Below, piece by piece: positions 41,519 to 50,649 of a stretch of DNA of 64,000 nt; within the stretch, counting starts at the first letter, position 1, and each line of letters begins with the position of its first letter. A model generated the notes under the pieces. The model was not told the origin of the DNA. It searched no databases and saw only the letters and a list, made by a program, of their open reading frames with translations. The stretch lies in assembly GCA_040758355.1 (NCBI GenBank), contig JBFLWF010000008.1, positions 34,494 to 98,493 of the forward strand, given 5' to 3'. This stretch comes from Nitrospirota bacterium (GTDB taxonomy: Bacteria; Nitrospirota; Thermodesulfovibrionia; Thermodesulfovibrionales; Dissulfurispiraceae). The position numbers and the translations under genes were made by a program.

Positions 41519-41614
41519 TATATCTGTAAAGAGGGCATGGAGGCAAGGGGAATTATGGCTGAATATTTCAGATTATTTTGATTTTTTGCAATTTTTTGAG
41601 ATTTTTTAAGATTT

Positions 41615-41831
41615 TTCTAAACTAAGCAATTTTTATATGTCAGGCACAGATCAAAGACTTTAAAAAGTGTCGGTTCAAGTGTATATAAAAGATTATAAAT
41701 GCATCATCCAACAAGTATCCAATGTTGTAGAATACGGATACAGGAGAAATGTTTTTACAAGTGCGGGGTTTAAAGTCTTTTCGCTGCACCTGACATATAT
41801 TTCTAAAACTTAGAATCGCTCAATTTTGGTT
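41615..41831 (+). repeat. Nested-palindrome dispersed element, copy 2, with 116-bp apical insert
   Basis: Same arms as 13326/55930 copies; extra sequence 41660-41775. Confidence 0.8.
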
Positions 41832-41835
41832 AAAT

Positions 41836-42516
41836 TTAAAAATATGATTTTCTGTATCTCCTTTTTGGCAGCCATAATTTTATGGTCAGTATTCCTGCTA
41901 AAAAGCCGCCTATATGGGCGAACCATGCCACTCCGCCCTGATTCAGCGTGCCTTTGCTCACAATGCCGTTGATTATCTGTATCACTATCCAGAAACCAAT
42001 AACAACTATGGCCGGAATCCTCACTATCTGCCAGAAGAATCCGAAAAAGAGGATAGTATAGACCTTTGCATGGGGGAACAATAAAAGATATGCGCCTAAT
42101 ATCCCTGAGACAGCGCCGCTTGCGCCTATCATGGGTATTGTGGATTGGGATTCTGTAAGGGCATGTCCGTATGCAGCCACAATCCCTGAAAATAAATAGA
42201 ATAAAATAAACCTGAAGTGTCCTATGGAATCCTCTATGTTATTTCCGAATATCCAGAGGTAGAGCATATTTCCTGCGAGGTGAAGAAAGCCTCCGTGCAG
42301 GAACATGGATGTAAAAACGGTGAAAACAGGATGTATGGGCTGGGATGTATCAAAGGATATCAAGTTGTAGGGTATTGCGCCGTAGAAGTAGGCTATATCC
42401 CTTTCGCTGACAGGAGACACGAACTCCCAGATAAAGATAAGGCAGTTTATAACAATCAGTCCGATTGTAACAAAGGGAAATGTCTGTGTCGGATTATCGT
42501 CTCTATAGGGAATCAT
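41836..42516 (-). CDS. Rhomboid intramembrane serine protease
   Basis: FLHGG..HL..NM, GASGA, AHIGG. Confidence 0.93.
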   Translation of the reverse strand: MIPYRDDNPTQTFPFVTIGLIVINCLIFIWEFVSPVSERDIAYFYGAIPYNLISFDTSQPIHPVFTVFTSMFLHGGFLHLAGNMLYLWIFGNNIEDSIGHFRFILFYLFSGIVAAYGHALTESQSTIPMIGASGAVSGILGAYLLLFPHAKVYTILFFGFFWQIVRIPAIVVIGFWIVIQIINGIVSKGTLNQGGVAWFAHIGGFLAGILTIKLWLPKRRYRKSYF

Positions 42517-42530
42517 GCCTTAATACTCCA

Positions 42531-42965
42531 TTACTCCATTGCCTCAACTATTATATCGTTTTTCTTCAAAATGGCCGTGGTTACGCCGCATCCTTCCACC
42601 TTTTCACTGTTCACCCATACTTTAAATACGCCACATGAGGGGCTCCCTTCCTTTAGAATTGCCTTTTTAATATTAAACATTCTCGCAATTCTCAATGTCT
42701 CCATTGCTCCGTTTATCAGGGTTTTTGAATAGTCAATGTCGTCTGCACCTATTGTCCTCACCCCAGTAGTTCCTTTTATAAGCTCATTGCCATCGCCATT
42801 TACAAAGCTTATGACCGGCCTTGGTGTTGGAAGTCCTCCCAGTTGCTCGGGGCATAGGGGTATAGCCTTTCCAGACACAACCATCTCTATGATTTCTGGA
42901 TGCCCGCAATTTGTCCCGTCGTATCTTGTATTAAATCCGGCAAGGCATGCGCTGACAAGTATCAT
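42531..42965 (-). CDS. DUF523 / 2-thiouracil desulfidase family
   Basis: ILVSACL.G...RYDG, CPEQLGGLPTPR, SPSCG. Confidence 0.9.
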   Translation of the reverse strand: MILVSACLAGFNTRYDGTNCGHPEIIEMVVSGKAIPLCPEQLGGLPTPRPVISFVNGDGNELIKGTTGVRTIGADDIDYSKTLINGAMETLRIARMFNIKKAILKEGSPSCGVFKVWVNSEKVEGCGVTTAILKKNDIIVEAME

Positions 42966-43071
42966 TTGCCTGTATTTTATCATAGTATAAGAAAAAATCA
43001 TTTGACGCATTTGCCTCTCTGAAATATGATGCTTTTATAAAATTGTGAGGAATTTACAGGAGGAGGAAAGA

Positions 43072-43128
43072 ATGAAAAGGCATGTAATATTTTCATTGCT
43101 TATGACTTTTGGCATGCATGCTAAATAG
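43072..43128 (+). CDS. 18-aa small ORF or gene stub (MKRHVIFSLLMTFGMHAK) in its own promoter-RBS-hairpin unit
   Basis: TTGACG-17-TATGAT (43002-43030), AGGAGGAGG RBS, hairpin AGGGCTGACCG-GAG-CGGTCAGCCCT (43127-43151). Confidence 0.5.
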   Translation: MKRHVIFSLLMTFGMHAK

Positions 43129-43287
43129 GGCTGACCGGAGCGGTCAGCCCTCTGCCTTGACATTAAAAGGATTTTTAAGGTTAAACTATTCAGGTTATGA
43201 AAAAAGGACTTTTCCCATATATGGTTTTAATAGCTCTCACCTGATTTTTAATTTATCCGAATCACAACCAAATTCAGGAGGTTTCGT

Positions 43288-43806
43288 ATGAAGTCTGTAA
43301 AAAACATTATATGGGTTGTTGTAGTTTTAGTAGCAGGCATTTATTTATTCCCGGTTGTTAAAGACAGGGTCGCCTTTGCTGGAAGCAATCCTGCAATAAA
43401 TGAAGCTGCGCCGGAATTTTCCCTGAAGGCTTTAAACGGCAAAAATGTGCGCCTCTCCGACTTCAGAGGAAAGGTAGTCCTTGTTAATTTCTGGGCAAGC
43501 TGGTGTCCTCCGTGCAAGATGGAAATCCCAGGTTTTCAGAAAACTTATGCAACTTATAAGAAAAAAGGTTTTACTATCATCGGCATTGCAACTGACGATG
43601 TATCGCAATCATTCATTAAAGATGCGGGTATGACATATCCTGTTGTTACGGCCGATGATAAGGTAATCAGGGACTACGGAAACATTTCAGGGATTCCCAC
43701 GTCATTTTTAGTCGGCAGGGATGGAAGGATAATAAAAAAGGTTATGGGGATGTATTTTGAAAGCAGCCTCAAAAGCGATGTTGAAAACGCCTTAAAGAGG
43801 AAATAG
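43288..43806 (+). CDS. TlpA/ResA-family thiol-disulfide reductase
   Basis: NFWASWCPPC, GIPTSF, N-terminal anchor. Confidence 0.92.
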   Translation: MKSVKNIIWVVVVLVAGIYLFPVVKDRVAFAGSNPAINEAAPEFSLKALNGKNVRLSDFRGKVVLVNFWASWCPPCKMEIPGFQKTYATYKKKGFTIIGIATDDVSQSFIKDAGMTYPVVTADDKVIRDYGNISGIPTSFLVGRDGRIIKKVMGMYFESSLKSDVENALKRK

Positions 43807-43813
43807 GGGCAAT

Positions 43814-44587
43814 ATGATTCCGTACCCCAATATAAACCCTGAGATTGTAAGAATAGGGCCTTTTGCTGTCAGGTGGTACGGAATGATGTATCTCATAGGC
43901 TTTGCATCGTCTTATCTGCTGGTTAGATACCAGATAAAGAAAAGGGGTCTTGCACTCGGCAAGGATTTTGTGGAATCCCTTTATTCGTACTTGATACTCG
44001 GTCTTCTTTTGGGTGCAAGACTGGGCTACGTGGTCTTTTATAATCCGTCATACTATATTCAACATCCCCTTGAGGTATTTGCTGTATGGCAGGGAGGAAT
44101 GTCCTTTCATGGCGGTCTGATCGGAAGCGTTATTGCAGGTATTTTGTTCTGCAAAAAACTAAAGATAGATGTCTGGCAGATAGCAGACATTGTTATTGCC
44201 ACAGCACCTATCGGGCTTGGACTCGGAAGGCTCGGAAACTTCATAAATGGAGAGCTTTATGGAAGGGTAACAGATGTTCCATGGGCAATGATATTTCCCA
44301 CAGGAGGCCCATTGCCGCGTCATCCGTCTCAGCTTTATGAATTTTTTTTAGAAGGGGTTGTGCTTTTCAGTGTCCTCTGGGCACTTAAGAATAAAGGCTT
44401 CAGAACAGGCATCCTCTCTTCGCTCTTTATTATTTTCTACGGTGCATTCAGGTTCTTTGTGGAGTTCTTCAGGGAGCCGGATGTGCAGGTTGGCTTTATT
44501 TTAGGGGTATTCACAATGGGGCAGATATTAAGCGCAGCAATGGTATTTCTGGGGCTTGGGATTATTTATCTCAGAAAAGCTGTCTGA
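43814..44587 (+). CDS. lgt: Prolipoprotein diacylglyceryl transferase
   Basis: WYG, GGMSFHGG, GRLGNFINGELYGR, HPSQLYE. Confidence 0.96.
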   Translation: MIPYPNINPEIVRIGPFAVRWYGMMYLIGFASSYLLVRYQIKKRGLALGKDFVESLYSYLILGLLLGARLGYVVFYNPSYYIQHPLEVFAVWQGGMSFHGGLIGSVIAGILFCKKLKIDVWQIADIVIATAPIGLGLGRLGNFINGELYGRVTDVPWAMIFPTGGPLPRHPSQLYEFFLEGVVLFSVLWALKNKGFRTGILSSLFIIFYGAFRFFVEFFREPDVQVGFILGVFTMGQILSAAMVFLGLGIIYLRKAV

Positions 44588-45509
44588 AAAATATCTGCCT
44601 TCCGCCTGAGAATACTGCCTCTATTTTTTTCGTGTTTATAAAATCCTCTTTCGCTATCAAGTAATTCCCCTTATCAATCTCTTGTTCGCTCATGCATGCA
44701 GCGGATAATATCTGCTCTAAAGAAAGTCCTGCTTTCTGAAATAATTTGAGTTCTTCAAAAAATGACTCTCCGTGTCTTACTCCCTTTGATCCGCTGTCTG
44801 TGCCAACATTTAACTTCACGCCTATCAATGCAGCATAATTAATGGATAAGAGATGATTCTCTATGACTTCTTCTATATATCTTCTCTCCACGAATGGAAG
44901 CGTTGATGAAAAGCTCAGAAGTGCATATATCGTAGGAGTCCATGATACATCCATCTCCTTCATCATATGGAGCGTTTCATTGGATACAAAATATCCGTGT
45001 TCGATAGATGACGCGCCGATATTTAAGGCATTTCTTATTGCCTTATCACCATTCGCATGACATCTTATCTCCAAGTCCATTTTCTTTGCCTCTTCAGCAA
45101 TTACTTTAAGCTCTTCTTTTGAAAAGCCACCACCTGTAACAAATCCTGTCCCCTCGATGCTTACAACCCCTGAGTTTATGAGCTTTATGAAATCAGCGCC
45201 TGAATTTGCAATATCCTTTATGACCCTTTTAATCTCTTCCTTCTCGGCAACACCCTTTCCAAGGAATGCACCGTATGTGCCTTTCTTATAAACTGCATAT
45301 CCAGCGGATTTTATATCTAAATGCCCCTTTAAGATCTTTTTTGCCTCCAGTCCAATGCCGCTCTTATGCCCCATGTCGTTTACAGAAAATATCCCGTGTT
45401 TCAGGAGCTCATCTTCGATATGCAGCAATCCGGCCTCATTTGTCAGCATGCCGTCCACGACAAAATGTATATGTGAATCTATAAGTGGGGGTATTTTTCT
45501 TATGTCCAT
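44571..45509 (-). CDS. Amidohydrolase family protein
   Basis: LIDSHIH, HANG, SIEHG, GTDSG. Confidence 0.85.
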   Translation of the reverse strand: MDIRKIPPLIDSHIHFVVDGMLTNEAGLLHIEDELLKHGIFSVNDMGHKSGIGLEAKKILKGHLDIKSAGYAVYKKGTYGAFLGKGVAEKEEIKRVIKDIANSGADFIKLINSGVVSIEGTGFVTGGGFSKEELKVIAEEAKKMDLEIRCHANGDKAIRNALNIGASSIEHGYFVSNETLHMMKEMDVSWTPTIYALLSFSSTLPFVERRYIEEVIENHLLSINYAALIGVKLNVGTDSGSKGVRHGESFFEELKLFQKAGLSLEQILSAACMSEQEIDKGNYLIAKEDFINTKKIEAVFSGGRQIFFRQLF

Positions 45510-45575
45510 ATTGTTTTATCTCAAAGCGTTATTATGATATACTTTTATTCAGTTTGTTCTTTTTGTCAAGGAGCG

Positions 45576-46046
45576 ATGGTGGATTCGAATCTGAATAATC
45601 TTAAAAAGCATATATTCTTCGAGTTCCTGAATCTTGTGGGCAGGGCATTTGTCCTTGTCAGATATTCCGATAATGTGGTTTTGGGCAATCGTGGATTTAC
45701 AGCAGAAGAAAAGGAAAACGGAATCATCCTCGTTTTTAACTCAAGAATGAATTTTCTATGGGACGATTACGGCATAACCGCCACACTGGTTTTCGGCACT
45801 TCCCCCCAGAAATGTTTTATACCAGTGGACGATATAATGGCGGTGTATTCTCCAGATCTGAATGCCCAGTTTATGGCATCGCCTCAGCCTGTAGCAATAA
45901 GCGGGCCACAGCCTATAGGCAGTCAGAAAGAGGGCGAAAAGTCCATTAAGAAGATCGAGCCTAAAAAGGGGCAAAAGACAAAGACACAGAAAGACGAAAA
46001 ACAGGGGCATGTGATTAAAGTCGATTTCACTAAAAAACGAAAATAG
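45576..46046 (+). CDS. SspB-like ClpXP adaptor
   Basis: TLVFG.....C.IP...I..VY core, low-complexity linker, VIKVDF.KKRK tail; AAGGAG RBS. Confidence 0.6.
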   Translation: MVDSNLNNLKKHIFFEFLNLVGRAFVLVRYSDNVVLGNRGFTAEEKENGIILVFNSRMNFLWDDYGITATLVFGTSPQKCFIPVDDIMAVYSPDLNAQFMASPQPVAISGPQPIGSQKEGEKSIKKIEPKKGQKTKTQKDEKQGHVIKVDFTKKRK

Positions 46047-46062
46047 ATGCCATGAGGTTTAC

Positions 46063-46398
46063 ATGGATAACGAAAAGCTATTGCATGACTTGATCGTTGA
46101 TTATTTAAAACAGAAGCTCTCGAAGGAATACAAGGAAATAAAGGTCAACCCTGCAGGGAACCCTGACCTTATTCTTTCCAATCATGGACTGATCCTCGCT
46201 TTGCTGGAGGTGGAAACCGAGAGCAGTATAACCCTGGAGAAGGCGGAGAAATGGAAGGAGATGCTACAGGCTGGCTCCAAGCTCATACTGATGGTTCCAA
46301 AGAATGCAAAGGTGAAGGTAATGGAACTCCTATGGCAGAATGGGATTGCAGACAGGGTCGGCGTCGGCAGCTATGAAATAGCCGTTAATATGCCATGA
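46063..46398 (+). CDS. Hypothetical protein (possible PD-(D/E)xK-like fold)
   Basis: NPDLI...EVET; ATGA overlap with next gene. Confidence 0.6.
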   Translation: MDNEKLLHDLIVDYLKQKLSKEYKEIKVNPAGNPDLILSNHGLILALLEVETESSITLEKAEKWKEMLQAGSKLILMVPKNAKVKVMELLWQNGIADRVGVGSYEIAVNMP

Positions 46399-47750
46399 AT
46401 AAGGTACTGATTGTAGATGACGATAAGGTCATAAGGCTTTCCCTCAGTGAAATACTGCGGAATAACGGCTTTTTGCCGGTGGATGCGTCCAGCGGAAAAC
46501 AAGCCTTAAGATTTTTTGAGAAAGAGAACCCCTCAGCGGTAATCCTCGACCTTAAAATGCCGGACATGGACGGCATCGAGGTGTTGCAGGAACTTAAAAG
46601 AATAAACCCGGATGTCTCTATCATTATTATCACTGCTTACGGCGATGTGGATACAGCAGTCGAGGCCATAAAACTTGGGGCATACGATTTCATCGTCAAG
46701 CCTCCAAAATTCGACAGGCTCATTCTAACCCTGAAGAGGGCAATCGAAAAATCCAGACTCGAGATGACCGTAAAGTGGCTGAATACTGCGGTGGAGGCAT
46801 CCCTTGAATGGCTATTGGGAAAAAGTTATCCCATTAAAAAGATCATCGAGCAGATACATCAGGTTGCTCAGAGCGATTTTTCCGTAATCATTCAGGGAGA
46901 GACTGGCACAGGGAAGACCACCATTGCCAGTGCAATACATAATCTGAGTGCGAGGGCAACAGGACCGTTTATAACAGTAGATATGGGTACAATCCCTGAA
47001 ACCCTTGTTGAGAGCGAGCTCTTTGGATACGAGAAGGGCGCTTTTACGGGCGCTGAAAAAAGCAGAAAGGGCTTTTTTGAGATCGCCAACCGTGGCACTA
47101 TCCTCATAGATGAAGTACAGAATATGTCCCTTCATGTTCAGGGTAAACTTTTAAGGGCTGTGGAAGAAAAGAGGATATACCCACTGGGCAGTACCAAACC
47201 CTTGGAAATAGACGTTCGCATAATAGCAGCGACTAATTCGGACATAAAGCAGGCTGTTAAAGAGAAGAAGTTCAGGGAGGATCTATTTTTCCGCCTCAGC
47301 GAATTTGTAATTACCCTTCCGCCTTTAAGGGAAAGGGTAGACGATATACCTTTTTTTGCGCAGAGATTTTTTATAGAGGCATGCACAGAACTGAACAAAC
47401 GGATGCTTGGCATCAATGATAGTGCCGTCGGTCTCTTGAAGCAATATCCATGGCCCGGCAATGTGAGGGAATTAAAGAATGTAATAAGGAGGGCAGTGCT
47501 GCTTTCCAGCAACAGCGTAATAAAGGCAGAGCACTTAAACTTCTTAATCGAGGATAAACAGGGGGAAAAGAGTGATTTGTCTTTACTGTCCCTTAAAGAA
47601 CTGTCTGCCATTGCAGTAAGGGATGTTGAAAAAAAGGCTATAAAGCAAGCCCTGCTGATCACAGGCGGCAATAAAACAAAGGCAGCATCCATATTGCAAA
47701 TCGACTACAAGACCCTTCTCACAAAGATAAAAGAGTACAATATCCAGTGA
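46395..47750 (+). CDS. Sigma-54-dependent NtrC-family response regulator
   Basis: REC, GETGTGKT, ESELFGYEKGAFTGA, WPGNVREL, Fis HTH. Confidence 0.95.
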   Translation: MNKVLIVDDDKVIRLSLSEILRNNGFLPVDASSGKQALRFFEKENPSAVILDLKMPDMDGIEVLQELKRINPDVSIIIITAYGDVDTAVEAIKLGAYDFIVKPPKFDRLILTLKRAIEKSRLEMTVKWLNTAVEASLEWLLGKSYPIKKIIEQIHQVAQSDFSVIIQGETGTGKTTIASAIHNLSARATGPFITVDMGTIPETLVESELFGYEKGAFTGAEKSRKGFFEIANRGTILIDEVQNMSLHVQGKLLRAVEEKRIYPLGSTKPLEIDVRIIAATNSDIKQAVKEKKFREDLFFRLSEFVITLPPLRERVDDIPFFAQRFFIEACTELNKRMLGINDSAVGLLKQYPWPGNVRELKNVIRRAVLLSSNSVIKAEHLNFLIEDKQGEKSDLSLLSLKELSAIAVRDVEKKAIKQALLITGGNKTKAASILQIDYKTLLTKIKEYNIQ

Positions 47751-47754
47751 ATTG

Positions 47755-47792
47755 TATGGAATTCATTCCATAATCATGGAGTGAATTCCATA
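47755..47792. promoter_or_regulatory. Tandem enhancer (UAS) palindromes ATGGA-N6-TCCAT
   Basis: TATGGAATTCATTCCATA (47755-47772) and CATGGAGTGAATTCCATA (47775-47792). Confidence 0.7.
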
Positions 47793-47844
47793 CATTTTTT
47801 TACTGCCTTGATTTAAAATCCTTTCAAAAACAAAGAATCAAATT

Positions 47845-47861
47845 CTGGCATCACTCTTGCA
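47845..47861 (+). promoter_or_regulatory. Sigma-54 (-24/-12) promoter of chemosensory operon
   Basis: CTGGCATCACTCTTGCA, GG-N10-GC spacing. Confidence 0.8.
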
Positions 47862-47958
47862 ATTATAATTCCAAACAGGTTTTCAACTGCTTTTTAACCA
47901 AAAACTAACACTTATGTAAACAGGGACTGCCTGTCAATGAATTAGCAGGAGGTGCGGT

Positions 47959-48213
47959 ATGTCAGCGGTCATAACCTTTAATGATGAACTGACAATTGAT
48001 GAGCTCTACAAAAATGTAAACATGCTCAGGGATGCATTTCTAAAATGGGATGAAGTGAAAGTAGATATTACCAATGTGAAAAAGATAGACACAGCAGCCA
48101 TACAGATGCTAATTGCAGCAAAAAAGGAATGTCAGGAGTGCGGCAAGAGCCTGAGTTTCATGACTTCCGAGGAAGTGGACAGAGTACTTCTATTAATGGG
48201 GATTCAATTATAG
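47959..48213 (+). CDS. STAS domain protein
   Basis: ELTI, V.KIDTAAIQML. Confidence 0.8.
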   Translation: MSAVITFNDELTIDELYKNVNMLRDAFLKWDEVKVDITNVKKIDTAAIQMLIAAKKECQECGKSLSFMTSEEVDRVLLLMGIQL

Positions 48214-48228
48214 TGGAGCAATAGGAGC

Positions 48229-49458
48229 ATGAGAGAGGATAATATGAGACCGAATGAACTTTTAGAAGGGGGATTTCACAAGGGGGACAAAGTCCCCCTT
48301 GTGGATAGAAGGCCTGTTTTAGCAGCGACCGGGGGGGTGGCTGCTGTCATGCTGCCGGTTGTATTGACATCTTTTATAGTCTCTGAAACAGCACGGGTAA
48401 TCGCTGCTGTTCTGTTGTATGCGACGGCTATTATCATAGCACGGGCATTGGTTAAGAGATATACGGGTATTCTAAATGAACAACACAGGGAAATAGAGAA
48501 GAAACATCTCTCAGAAATAGAGACGCTTGTACAGCCCATAACAACACACCTTAACAACAGGGCACAGATCATCCCTGTCTTGACCAGCCAGCTTAACGAG
48601 GTAACCAAGCAGACGGAATCCGCAGCACTGGATATAGGCGAAAAGTTCATGAGCATTGTGCAGAGGGCAAGGAATCAGGCAAAGAAGGCATCGGGCGCCC
48701 TCAGCAGTTTTACGGAAAGCAGCAGTGAAGATGCCCTTATGAACTTAAGCAAGAGGGCTTTGTCGGATGTAATAGAAAGCCTGAGGGAAATGACTGCTGT
48801 CACAATGCAGACGCTGAATGATATGGAGATAATCATGGAGGATGCAGGGCATATAAAAAAGATAGTCGCAGAGATCGAGTATATAGCAGACCAGACAAAT
48901 CTTCTTGCCTTGAATGCAGCGATAGAGGCTGCAAGGGCAGGAGAGCACGGAAGGGGATTTGCTATCGTTGCCGACGAGGTGAGAAGGCTTTCTGACAGGT
49001 CCAATACCGCTGCCGACGAGATAAAGAAACTTATCACAAAGGTAGAGACAGACATAAAGGTGATTTATTCGAAGACAGAGAAGAGTGCTTCTGAAAGCAG
49101 CGCCCGTTCCTCAAAGGCAGAGGTGGTAGTAGAAGACGCACTAAAAAAGATTGACGACATCATGAATGAGGCGAAGATCAAGCTTAATGAGATGGGCGCA
49201 GAGACAGAATCCCTTGCAAAGGATATAAGCAGCATAGTCATATCCATGCAGTTTCAGGACATAACGAGGCAGCGCATAGAGCATGTGATTGAGCCTCTCA
49301 TGTCCTTTAAGGCAGAACTCGAAGACATAACGCAAAAGGCAAGGAGCATGAGCGAAAAGATCCATGAATGGGAAGGCAACGGCAGTGCGGAATGGCTCGA
49401 AAAGATATATACGATGGAATCGGAAAGGGAAGTATTAAGAAAGTCATTAAGTCAATGA
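48229..49458 (+). CDS. Methyl-accepting chemotaxis protein lacking a periplasmic sensor
   Basis: [41 protein letters not shown]. Confidence 0.88.
   Translation: MREDNMRPNELLEGGFHKGDKVPLVDRRPVLAATGGVAAVMLPVVLTSFIVSETARVIAAVLLYATAIIIARALVKRYTGILNEQHREIEKKHLSEIETLVQPITTHLNNRAQIIPVLTSQLNEVTKQTESAALDIGEKFMSIVQRARNQAKKASGALSSFTESSSEDALMNLSKRALSDVIESLREMTAVTMQTLNDMEIIMEDAGHIKKIVAEIEYIADQTNLLALNAAIEAARAGEHGRGFAIVADEVRRLSDRSNTAADEIKKLITKVETDIKVIYSKTEKSASESSARSSKAEVVVEDALKKIDDIMNEAKIKLNEMGAETESLAKDISSIVISMQFQDITRQRIEHVIEPLMSFKAELEDITQKARSMSEKIHEWEGNGSAEWLEKIYTMESEREVLRKSLSQ
48267..48303 (+). repeat. 37-bp REP-like hairpin, copy B (in MCP 5' end)
   Basis: AGGGGGATTTCACAAGGGGGAC-AAA-GTCCCCCTTGTG. Confidence 0.8.
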
Positions 49459-49549
49459 GTTATTAATTTTCAAATTGTTCGAGATTTCACAATAACTCAG
49501 TAACTAATGACTTAATAACTTATAACTTATAAAAAGGGGGGTGTTTGAT

Positions 49550-49915
49550 ATGTCAAAGACTGTATTGATAGTGGATGATTCTGCGTCTATGAGGCAACTG
49601 GTTTCCTTTGCTTTGAGGGATGCAGGATATGACGTGATCGATGCCATGAACGGAAAGGATGCACTGAGCAAACTAAATGGCGGGAAGATAGACATGGTCG
49701 TGACAGATCTCAATATGCCTGAGATGGACGGCATCGAATTCATAAAACATGTGAGAAACAACCCGGGATATAAATTTACGCCCATAGTCATGCTTACAAC
49801 GGAATCCCAGGAATCCAAAAAGCAGGAGGGCAAGCAGGCAGGCGCCAGCGGCTGGATAGTAAAGCCTTTTACGCCTGAGCAGTTGATAGACATTGTTAAA
49901 AAATTTGCGAGGTAA
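49550..49915 (+). CDS. cheY: Chemotaxis response regulator CheY
   Basis: VDDS, TDLNMP, LTTES, WIVKPF. Confidence 0.9.
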   Translation: MSKTVLIVDDSASMRQLVSFALRDAGYDVIDAMNGKDALSKLNGGKIDMVVTDLNMPEMDGIEFIKHVRNNPGYKFTPIVMLTTESQESKKQEGKQAGASGWIVKPFTPEQLIDIVKKFAR

Positions 49916-49934
49916 GTAGAAAGGAGTTGGTAAG

Positions 49935-50246
49935 ATGCTGGGTTTCAGGTTTGAAAAAACAGGAGATTTCGGGATATTGACCTTTGACGGCGAGATCACA
50001 GCGCAGCATGCAGACAGGCTCAAAGAGGCGTTGATGGTATCTCTCGATAACGCCGAACATGTGGTGGTTAATTTTGAGAAGGTATCGGAAATAGATGTGG
50101 ATTGCCTCTGTCTGTTTTACACGACGTGGGGGATGCTGGCGAGGTTGAAGAAACGCCTGACACTTACAGGCATAAATCCAGAGATGTATAAAAGGATAGA
50201 AGGTCTAATGAGCGGTGATATGAGCAGCATCCCTGCAGCGAGATAG
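49935..50246 (+). CDS. STAS domain protein
   Basis: DGEIT, V.EID..CL.L. Confidence 0.75.
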   Translation: MLGFRFEKTGDFGILTFDGEITAQHADRLKEALMVSLDNAEHVVVNFEKVSEIDVDCLCLFYTTWGMLARLKKRLTLTGINPEMYKRIEGLMSGDMSSIPAAR

Positions 50247-50250
50247 GTTT

Positions 50251-50649
50251 ATGATTAATTCAACAGACATATACAACAAGCTGTATTACTTATTTATTGC
50301 CAATGCAAGGGAGTGGGTTCTTGAACTTGAGAACGGGCTCTTAAGGCTTGAGAAGTCCCCTGCTGATAGAGAGCTGATTAATAACATATTCAGAATAGCC
50401 CATAACATCAAGAGCACAAGCGGAACTGTCGGACTGGAAGATATTTATAAGTTTGCCCACAAGGTTGAAGACATACTTTCTCTTGTGCGGCAGGAAAAGC
50501 TCACCCCGGACAGGAAACTTATAGATTCACTTCTTGAATCGGTCGATTTAATAACCGAGATGGTTGAGGCTGCTGTATCTAAGAAACAATTTGACTTTCA
50601 TAGATGCGAAGACTGGATGAAAAAAATGGAGAGGTATATAAATGGTTGA
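50251..50649 (+). CDS. Stand-alone Hpt (CheA P1-like) protein
   Basis: IFRIAHNIKSTSG with conserved His. Confidence 0.85.
   Translation: MINSTDIYNKLYYLFIANAREWVLELENGLLRLEKSPADRELINNIFRIAHNIKSTSGTVGLEDIYKFAHKVEDILSLVRQEKLTPDRKLIDSLLESVDLITEMVEAAVSKKQFDFHRCEDWMKKMERYING

Noticed and set aside
41570..41617. 10-bp periodic T-tracts upstream of groS
   Set aside because: Likely promoter-upstream curved DNA; ordinary.
43288..43806. Selenocysteine recoding in redox genes
   Set aside because: The active site is WCPPC and no in-frame TGA interrupting a recognisable domain was noticed.
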